Shown here: positions 53,438-64,000 of the stretch, piece by piece
Layout: each line of letters opens with the position of its first letter
Numbering within the stretch: the first letter of the stretch is position 1
Assembly (NCBI GenBank): GCA_002104945.1
Contig: MCFH01000003.1
Location: 248,001-312,000 of the forward strand
Source: Piromyces finnis finn
Lineage: Eukaryota > Fungi > Neocallimastigomycota
DNA: 64,000 nt
Direction: 5' to 3'
Translations under genes and position numbers: made by a program
The notes under the pieces: model-generated
Database searches by the model: none
Told to the model about the DNA's origin: nothing
What the model saw: the letters and a program-made list of their open reading frames with translations, nothing else

Positions 53438-55354
53438 AGATTATTACACATTAATTTTTATGTAAATGATCTTTTTCTATATTATATATAACAATACTAG
53501 GGAAAATAATCTTTTTTTAATATTATTCAAACGGACCATCCACTAAGAAAAAAAAATGATCCGTTTATTCCTTAGAAAAAAGCAAAAAAAAAAAAAAAAA
53601 GCTTTGCAATTATCCTTTTAACCAATGATGATGTATAATGAATTTACGAAAACTTTTTCAAAAATGATTTTGTTATATCAAATCATTTAAAAAAAAATTA
53701 GTATAAAGGATATTGTTATTTCATTATTTCTAATTTATATATGACTAGTATTACTAAAAATTTAATTCTTAATAAACACATACAGACACTCACTACTCTA
53801 TTTAATAAATATATTTTATAATCTTTTTTTTTTTTTCTGCCTATCTTTCAGGTACAAAATATAAAATTGATTTTTTAGTTAAAACCTTTAATAACCAATT
53901 GAAAACTTTTTTTTAGACTAAACTTGTTTATATTCTAATATATTAATATAATATATATACAATGAATTAAAAGATGAAATATGAAATAAAACAAAATGGG
54001 TCATTTCATTTATATTTGAACTTTAATAAATAAAGACATATCTAGTAATGATATAAAACTAAAAAAAAAAAAAAAGAGACACTTTAATTAGTTGTGACAT
54101 CATAAATTGAATAAAAAAATGGATAAACAATTTTTTAATATAAACATAAATGGAAGGTATAGAGAAAAAAAGGTTTAATGAAAATAAAAGTTAATGGTTC
54201 ATAGTAGCTATTTCAGCAACACCATTAAGAATCATATTTATAGCAATAATAGTAATGACATGCAAAAAAGTGTGATAACAATCAAATTCTTTTAAAAGGC
54301 AATAGCAATTAAATCCTTTTAATACAATTATATAATAAATAATTTAATCATATGTTAGTATTACTAATGAATAATTTTTAATATTTAAAAATATAAATTA
54401 CAATAAATAATAGCATTATTAATCTTTTTTTTTGTGAAATATTTTTACAACTTCTAATTATTATTCACTTTGATAATATATTCATACACATAAAACATAA
54501 CGTAGTGTACTTTATGAAAATGTTAAATTTAGTTTTATATTTAAAACAATTAATTAAAAAAAAAAAAAAAGAAATTTTAATAAAACAAAAAATAAATTAA
54601 ATTTAAAATTTTGTACTACTTTAAAAATTATAATTATATAAATGGATATATATAAATCCAATACATATAAAATACAAATACAATATTATGAATGTATTGT
54701 ATTTATAAATAATAATGGATAGGTGTTGTTGATGAAATATAGTGTTAGGAAGAGTTAGAAGATAATATTAAATAATTAAATAGAGAAACTAATTTAAATA
54801 TATTATTATGATATAAATATCTTTTTATACTAGTGTATAATATATAATCGAAGTTGTATATATATATTAAATTGATTTTAGACCAAATTTATAAATGTAT
54901 TTTACAAGACTTTTTATAATAATCGATTTTGTTTAAAAGTATAATAATAAATAATACACAAAATAAAGGTAAATGATAACAACTCCTATTTAACATTACT
55001 AAAAAAAATTGTTTTTTAATTAATTTATTAAGCAATAAACATAATAATAAAAGCATTGACTATATGTCTATTGCCAACTTTAATGTGATATTTGTTTATT
55101 TTTAAAAAATTCACCTTTTTTTTTTTCTATAATTCATATATTAGAAATGCTTATAACTTTTAATTTTTAAATAGAAAATAGTTTTTCTTATATTAATGAA
55201 ATAAAACTAAAAATTATATATTTCCTCAATAAAAAAACCGAATATAATAATTAACCTCTCAAAAATTTATAAATGTATATAAATAGTAATCCTTAGTATC
55301 AGCAAGTAAATGCCATAATCCATTAGACCTAAATCACCCTTCGTGACAATTTAA

Positions 55355-55502
55355 TAATACTAATACTAATACTAATACTAATACTAATACTAATACTAAT
55401 ACTAATACTAATACTAATACTAATACTAATACTAATACTAATACTAATACTAATACTAATACTAATACTAATACTAATACTAATACTAATACTAATACTA
55501 AT
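55355..55502. repeat. Pure (TAATAC)n hexanucleotide array, about 25 copies
   Basis: Directly visible. Confidence 0.97.
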
Positions 55503-56177
55503 TAGATAATTAGAATAATAAATAGATATTTAGTTATAATAACTAATGTTTAAAAATTACAATAGTTAATCATCCATATTTAAATATCATTTATTTGAAA
55601 ATATAATATTTATTTATTTATATAATTTAATATATTTATTTATAAATTTATTTATTTATTTATTTATTTTTTATAATAATTATATTTTTAATACATTTAT
55701 AAATCTATTAAAAGGAATTTTTTAAAAAAAATAGAATTCTTGTCCAATTATCTTACAGAAATTTAATTCCATCTTTTTTTTTTTTCCCTTTAAAAAAATT
55801 TGAATGTTAAATAATAAAAAAAAATATTATTTTAAATGGATAATTTTTAATGTATAAATTTATGTTGAATAGTATATGAATAATTTAAATTATCAAGTAA
55901 ATATTGTATTTTAAAAAACACTATTACCATTTTTAATTTCAAATATATATTTATTCATATACGCAATTGCCTATTTAAAAATAAAATTATAATTACAATT
56001 AAAATTATTTCTTTTTTTTTTTTTTTTAAAAAAAAGTAAAATTATTTAAAAAGATAATATATAAATGATTTAAATAGTCTTTTATTTTTTTATAGTTTTA
56101 TTTATTTGTTCATTTTTTGTATTGTTTGTACTTGGTTGATTTCAATTTATTTTTAATAAATATAAAAGTAGTAGAAT

Positions 56178-59100
56178 ATGAAAATTGGTAAATTATCAAA
56201 ACAATTTAAAGGAAAGTCAAAAAATAAAAATAAAAATAAAAAATTTAAAAATATTAATACTACTATTAATGATAATAAACGAAAGAAAATCAATAACAAT
56301 GTTTTAAATAAAATTAAAAATATTAGACAATCTTTACAAAAAATAAATAATGTAACGTCATTCAAAAAAAATGAAAAAAAAATAAAAACAAGTCCAACAA
56401 AAAATAGCAGTGTTAATAATACTTTAAACAATATATCGTTAAAGGAAAAAAATGAAAAAGAATTTAATTTGGATAACAAAAATAATAGAGTAGAAAATGA
56501 AAGTATAACAGAAAATATCAATAATATTATTGTGAAAGATAAAGAAAAGAAAAATAACCCAATTCTAGATACCCCTTCAAAAGTTGAAATTAAAAAAGAA
56601 ATTCAAAAGGAAACAGCCTCATCATTTAATAATAATATTGTAAAGAATGATATTGGTTTGTTATCAGAATCAATCACAGCAGATATTAGTAAAAAAGAGG
56701 TTTTAGATAAGACTGATAAATTCCAAAAAGATGACAATAACAGTCTATCCAGTTTGGATAAAGATACTCCTGAAGATACAGCATCAACAAACAAAAAAAA
56801 TATTATTAATACTAACAATAAGAATAGTAATAAAGATGACAAGAATAAAAGTCAAAGTAATTTGAACAGCGATAAAACTGCTTTAAATACTAAAAGTGAA
56901 ATGAAAATAAAAGATGATTCTAGTAGTTTTAAAACTTGTCCAACAATTTCATCTAATATAGTTATTGAAATTCAATCTAATACTATTGAACCTATAAAGA
57001 TCCTAAAAGATAAAATAGATAAAAGCGAAAAAATTGGTGAAAATGAAAGTAAAATTATACATGATCTATCCAATACTAGAGAAAATAATAACAAGTCAAT
57101 CATGAATACTAAAGTAAAATCTGAGGAAATTGTTGATAAATCAATCATGAGCACTGATAAAAAGAATGAGGTAAAATCTAAAGAAATTGATGATAAATCA
57201 ATCATGAGCACTGATAAAAAGAATGAGGTAAAATCTAAAGAAATTGATGATAAATCAATCATGAGCACTGATAAAAAAAATGAGGTAAAATCTAAAGAAA
57301 TTGATGATAAATCAATCATGAGCACTGATAAAAAGAATGAGGTAAAATCTAAAGAAATTGATGATAAATCAATCATGAGCACTGATAAAAAAAATGAGGT
57401 AAAATCTAAAGAAATTGATGATAAATCAATCATGAGCACTGATAAAAAGAATGAGGTAAAATCTAAAGAAATTGATGATAAATCAATCATGAGCACTGAT
57501 AAAAAAAATGAGGTAAAATCTAAAGAAATTGATGATAAATCAATCATGAGCACTGATAAAAAGAATGAGGTAAAATCTAAAGAAATTGATGATAAATCAA
57601 TCATGAGCACTGATAAAAAAAATGATGTAAAATCTAAAGAAATTGATGATAAATCAATTATGAACGCTGAAAAAAAGAATGATGTAAAATCTAAAGAAAT
57701 TAGTCACCCAGTAAAAATCAAAAAAGAAAATAATGTAATAAAATCTCCAAAAATTAAAAAAGGAAAAAAAGTAATTGATAAAAGTATTGAGAATATGGAT
57801 AGCACACCAAAAAAAGTTAAAAAGGAAAAAAATACTGAGAATAGAGAAATTCTTCACATAAGAAATATATCAAAGCAAACCACAGAAAAAGAGCTTTTAA
57901 GTAACTTTGAAATTATAGGTGATATTGATGAATTTCATTATTTAACAAGAAGTGCAAGCATTAATGAGGGGTAATTATACACTTTATTTTTTTTATTTTA
58001 TTTTTTAAAAAAAATAGACATTCCATTAAATATAAATTAGTATAAATATAAATTAGTAAATTTAAATTATAGAGTAATAGTCTTTTTTTTTTTTTTTTTT
58101 TTTAATATTTGACAGTAATTCTAAATTATTTTCATTTAAAAAAAAATTAGAATTATTATATATAAATATAAGGGTCATGGTGAAGAAGCCATTCAACTTA
58201 TGAATAATGTTAAAATTAATGGAAAATTATGTAAATTAAAATTAGTTGATGAAGATGAAAAGGATACATTAATGAAAAAAGAGAATAAGTCAGTAGCACG
58301 TGTCAAAAAAAGTAGTGAAACAGAAAATAGCAAAGGATCTGATAAAATTGACAATAAATTAAAATCTCCAAAAAAAATATCTACACCAATTGAAAATGAA
58401 TCATTGAAAAAAGAAGGAACTAAACGAAAATTACCTGAAAAGGATGACACTATAGAGAAACAAAAATCCCAAAAGAAAATTGCAAGTAGTACCCCCAAAA
58501 AGGACACCACCAAAAAAATAGAGAGTAATAAAAGTAAAGACGTATCTGAAAAAACACCCACCAAAAAAGGAGAGAGTAATAAAAGTAAAGACGTATCTGA
58601 AAAAACACCTAACAAAAAAGGAGAGAGTAATAAAAGTAAGAATGTTTCTGAAAAAACACCCACCAAAAAAGGAGAGAGTAATAAAAGTAAGAATGTTTCT
58701 GAAAAAACACCTAACAAAAAAGGAGAGAGTAATAAAAGTAAAGACGTATCTGAAAAAACACCTAACAAAAAAGGAGAGAGTAATAAAAGTAAAGACGTAT
58801 CTGAAAAGGTCACCACAAAAAAAGTAGAAAGTAATAAAAGTAAGAATGCTTCTGAAAAGGCCACCACTAGCACTAATAGTAAAAAAAGAAAATTAGCAGA
58901 AGAAACAGAAACTCAGAAAAAATCTAGCAAAAGAAAAGCAACAGAAAAAAAGAATTCAACTGATAATATAAAAGAAAATGAAACAACAACAAAATCTGAA
59001 TCTACAAATGAAACTTCCAAACACCCTAAAACAAATTCTAAATCTAAAATTAAAACCGAACCAACAGAGAGCAAAAGTCAAGGTGATATAATAAAGTTTT

Positions 59101-61684
59101 TCTTTATCAAAAGAATTGTCATGAATCAAGTTGTTTCAATCTATAGTGTACTTGAAGAATATGGAAATATTTTAAGTTTTGAATATATTAAAAATAAAAA
59201 ATTTGAAGGTTTATGGTATGTTTTTTTTTTTTTTAATCTTTTTTTTTTTTTTCTATTTTAAAAAAACTCTTTTTTAATATCAAAATTATATATATATTGA
59301 TTTTATTACATTCTAATTTTTTTATGATAAATTTTTATTTATTGATAATTTTTAATAATAATAAAAAAAAAAAAAAAAGGAATTTATATATAAAATTAGA
59401 GGGAAAACCATCAAAGCTTGAAGAATTAATAGAAATAAGAAAAATTAGTGTCGATGGAGAAAAAATAAAATGTAAAGAAATTACAGAAGAGACTTTTAAA
59501 GAAAAGATTGATTTTATCAATAAATCAAATGATTATCGTTACAGTAATAATGATAAATATAATGAAGAAATGAAGAATAGTGAAAATAAGCGAAGTCATA
59601 AAAATAACCCTAGTGAAAATCCTATAGAAAAGGATAAAAGTAAGACGTCTGATCATTCTATAAAGGAAGAAATAAAAGAACAAAAAAGTAAAAAGAGAAC
59701 AAAAGAAGCCACCACAAAAAAAAAGGCTACAACAAAAAAACCAACAAAGAAAAGTAAAAAGACAGTATCAGACACTATCAAAGAGACCCAAAATATAAAA
59801 TATGATTTGATTAATGAATTACATGATTATAGTTATAATGTTTTCTCTCCTAATAAAGATGTTTTACATAACCATACTCAGTGTTCACTATTTCCTCATT
59901 CCAATGACGAAATGAACAGTATAGATAGTCATTCAGCTGATGATAAAAAATCAAATAATATATCTCCAATTCAAGCAAGTTTCATCTATAGACCTGCCGC
60001 AATGCCTCAATCTACACCTCATGATATAGATATTCAGAATAACTTAACCTCTCCAGCATTTGGAAAAAATACCATGATAAATACAGCTTCTACAATTGGG
60101 GTCAGTTTATCTCAAATAGAGTTATCTAATCCAAATGATAATATCGTTCATGCTACAACCTCCGACGTAGCCCTAAGCCTAAATCAGCACCACTTTGATG
60201 ATAGAAGTATTCATAAAGCAAAATCGATCATCAATAATACCACAGAAATCATTAATAATCCTAAGATAGAGCATAAGAAAACATTAATTGTTCCATCCAA
60301 TGCTATTACATCAAATTCAAATCCTTCCGATCTTCTCAATCCTTCCAGTAAGCTTCTTAACCATTCTTCAAATTCGACTCTAAATGAAAATTTTATACCA
60401 AATACCACAAAGATTGACTATGATTTAAAAAAAACATTTGATCTTAATAAAGTCAGTATGAATGATGTAAAGTCCACAGCACAGCCAACGGCACTTTCTA
60501 TAGATTTAACAAAATCTAATGCAAATACCTTCCTTAACCATCCTTTCTATATAAATAATTATTATTCAGAGTTTAATCCCACCAACGATAAAAATAGTTA
60601 TATAAGTATATTTGGGGAGGAAGAGGAGGATGATGAATCACCATTTAAATCAAATATTAACTTTAATACAATGGAAACCAACGAACTCACCATGCTTCAA
60701 AATCTAAGATCCTTACATCAGCCCAATACAACGGATCCTATGTTAGTTTCCCCAACCGCCTCCCACTTTTCTATGGCACCATTAAACGCGACCAATTTAT
60801 CCATTCCAGGAGTCCAAACATCAAATTTACCGGTGACACCTTCAATGAATTCTTCAAAATTACCATTGACTGTTGGTGCCTCCCTGATAAACTCAACATC
60901 AACCACCACTGCCCTTCCAACCGGCGGAACTTTTCATCCCTCCTCCTCACTGCCAAATTCCGCTTTAAATTCACCAACCCGCAATCTACCTCTACGTTCA
61001 CTCTCCACGAATAACTCTCCATTACAACCAACACCAAAAGCAACATCTCTTTCAAATCTTTCCTTTAATCCAGCAGTACCAACCGTCCCTTCTCAATCCA
61101 ATCCTCTTTATAATCCTCCACCATTAAACTCGATTGGTTCAAACCTTTCCTCCAACCTTCAGCAAACTCGACTTACGCCATCGAACACGATACCAACCAT
61201 TGATTTAACACAATCTTCATTACCAATGTCGATAACCAAACCTGAAATGAATTCGTTAGTAGAAGAATCTTTTGACACTATGCCTACCATGGATACTATG
61301 CCAAAAATGACAGAAATAAAAAGAGAAACCTCCACTACCAATCTTAACTATTCCTCCTTCCCTACTGCTTCCTCCCAAGACGCTGCCATGACCATGGGAA
61401 TGAACATGAATCTAGGAATGAATTTAGGGATGAACATGAATATGTCAAGATCCATGGCGAATGCTCCATTAACTCAACCCTCTTCTCTTCCACTGATGAC
61501 AATGTCCAATGTCAATGCCAATACCTATCCTCTCACCAATACCAATCCTGTATCCTCTTTATCTTTAATGTCACCGACATCTACTCCACCCCAACCATCT
61601 TCCAATAATGGAAATATAGTACCATCCATGTCAAGTGTACCTCAAGATGATATGCCGATCATGTCACCTCATCCTATTTATTAG
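56178..61684 (+). CDS. Large K/S/N-rich protein with two divergent RRM-like domains and two tandem-repeat arrays, 3 exons
   Basis: Exons 56178-57970, 58151-59215, 59380-61684 with phase-2 introns. RRM1 LHIRNISKQTTEKELLSNFEIIGDI..EGIIIYKYKGHGEEAIQLMNNVKINGKLCKL; RRM2 FFFIKRI..VLEEYGNIL..LYIKL..ISVDGEKIKC. Confidence 0.78.
57135..57702 (+). repeat. 57-bp (19-aa DKSIMSTDKKNEVKSKEID) coding tandem array, 10 units
   Basis: Nine near-identical units plus one degenerate unit. Confidence 0.97.
58521..58860 (+). repeat. 51-bp (17-aa ESNKSKDVSEKTPxKKG) coding tandem array, about 7 units
   Basis: Units start at 58521, 58572 and onward at 51-bp spacing. Confidence 0.95.
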
Positions 61685-64000
61685 ATCTCCCCTTTTTTTT
61701 TTTTATTTTTTCCATCTTCCTATTCTATATCCAAAAAGAAACCAGTTAACCAGTACCTACTTTTTATATGTATAATTTATTAGCAAGAGTTTAGTGAATT
61801 CCACATGTATAATTTTTTATTAGTATTATTTTTTTTTATTTTAAAGGAATATAAAAGCACTAGGTCTAATTTAATTAAAGAATATAAGCTATATGAAAGT
61901 ATTTATAATTCTTTTTATTTTAATAATAATAATATTTTAATTTATAATTTACCTATTTTTCTATTTATTTATTTATTTACTTTTTTGTTCATTTATTATT
62001 GTAACCCGTAGGATTAAGTTTTATTAAAAAAAAAAAATTATAAAAGATAATTTTTATTTATTTATTTATTTATTTATAATTTATATAAAATAGCAGTAGT
62101 TATTAGTAACAGTAGTAGTAATTATGTATTGAAAAGAAAATAATTATTATCAATAAACACTATCGTATTTATTACAAATAAATAAAGTTAAAAAAAAAAA
62201 AGAAGCGTATCTTTATTAGCATAATATACATTAAATATTTTTTTTTAATAGAATTTTGATGATGATGACCAAGGGACTAGATAAATATAGAAATACTTTT
62301 ATTATTATAAATTGCTCTTTATATTTTTTTAACAGAATATTAATTTTTCGATTTTATGGATTCATTATCTATTTAGCCATATTGTTTGAATATTAACAAT
62401 GATATCAAAGGTATATCATTAATAAAAAATAAATAAATAATACTCTGTAAAAAAAATAAAGAGTAGAAAGTATTCCTTTTTTTAAAAAAAATGAATCTAA
62501 TAAAAAGTTTTAAATTGTTTAGAGTAAATTTTTATACTTTTATATTTATTAAGATAATAAGAATTGGTTTAGGAATAGATAAAATTATCATTAATATATA
62601 TATACATAAAATGAAAATAAAAAAAAAAAAGATTAAATATTTTAAAAAGGGATAAGTTTATTCTATTAAAGTATTATTTCAATTTTGGTAGGTTCAATTA
62701 ATATTATAATCTTTTTCTTCTTTATATTTATGATTTATTTAGATGCATTTATTCAATTCTATTATGAAAATTTACTTTTTTTAACTTTAATTAAAAGAAA
62801 AGAAAAAAGCTTTTTTTTTTTTTTTTACCATGACTCTTTTTCATTTTTAGGTTGCACAGGTTTTTTTTTAAATTTCATTCTCCATCTTATTTTACCAACA
62901 TTTTTTAGTGTGACACATGTAAAAATTAATTTGAAAAAGGTTACACTAACATTTCCATAAAAGGTAAATTAAATACATATTTTAATGTACATTTTAATAT
63001 TAAAAGGATTAGGTATTAATAGATTTCTTCCATCACACACTTTTCTTTATCAATAGAAAAAATAAAGTTATCAATTTTAAATTAAAATGTGGAACGGAAA
63101 TTTTACCATTTTTAATTCTTTATAAATTTAATATAATTTTTCTATTGCTTTGTTACACATGATAAGAGAAACCAATCAAAATTTAAAATGAAAGATTTTT
63201 AAACATTTTCATTTTTTATTAAATTAAAAACTCATCATCATCATGGAAATGGAAAAATAAAAAATCTTCTTTAAATGGCCATAGAAACAAATGAATAAAT
63301 CATATATAAATCATATATATCATGTGATTATTAATGAATATTTTTCATAGATTTAAACCTTGAAAATTTTATGTTTTAGATCAATTTAAAATTTTATTGG
63401 CTATTTCTATTGATGATTTATTTTAATACTTGTGACTTTTTTTGATAATAAAAAAGTGGAGAAATATTAAAAAATAAATGATTTTTTTAAAGGCATCTTT
63501 AGAGAATAAACTTTTCTCTAATGCACTTTTTTTCTTTTATTTCTTTAAAATATTGTTTTAGAATTTTGATTAGAATTATAAAGTGTTATTGTATGGAATG
63601 ATTTTTTTAAAGTAATAATAATAACGACATTATGGAAGTAATAATCCCAAATTAAATTTAATTAAAATAAAATTGAAAAAAAAAAAAATATTGATACAAA
63701 ATGGTGGATTAAAATTTGGTAGCTAGGCAATAAAAATTCTGGCAATAAAATTGAATTCTTCTGACTCTTTGAATGAAAATTAAAGAAAAAAAAAAGTTCT
63801 CATTCTTTTACAAAGTCCTTTTATTTATTAAATAAAAATAAATATTCAAAGTTTAAAAAAGAAAAAATAGTTTTTTAAAATATGCTTAGCCAAAAAAAAT
63901 TATTAGAATTTGGCTTGATGATTTGAATTGTGGCGCATTTTGTCGGATAATTAATTTAATAGTGGTAAAAAAAATTTATAAAAAAATTTTTCCCCATCAA

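Noticed and set aside
55355-55502. (TTAGTA)n as an interstitial telomere
   Set aside because: It lacks the G-rich core of TTAGGG-type repeats; an ordinary microsatellite or retroelement tail is more likely.

Overview
Extremely AT-rich, intron-rich eukaryotic DNA, most consistent with an anaerobic gut fungus (Neocallimastigomycota). This is inferred from base composition, GT-AG introns, a solute-binding-protein/7TM receptor fusion, and flagellar IFT22 alongside fungal Bem1. Gene models were assembled by hand from splice sites and reading-frame phase. From 5' to 3': a stand-alone MDH1B/PPIL6-type glutaredoxin-like protein split by a long insert; an arrestin-C-like + IFI44-like P-loop + vWA gene whose stop codon overlaps a phase-2 splice donor that could join it in frame to a headless array of 72-nt one-LRR-per-exon cassettes; IFT22/RABL5; SMC5; an SBP-GPCR; an unknown 474-aa protein; a complete 539-bp tRNA(Leu)-like SINE with poly(A) tail and 13-bp target-site duplication, sitting just upstream of a tandem FAR-17a/AIG1-like pair whose first copy carries a nonsense codon; an intronless 1707-aa low-complexity ORF; a single-SH3 Bem1-like scaffold; and a two-RRM protein with two internal tandem arrays. 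The best candidates for new biology are the putative arrestin-IFI44-vWA(-LRR) immune-like protein and the SINE. Family assignments come from remembered motifs, not database searches.
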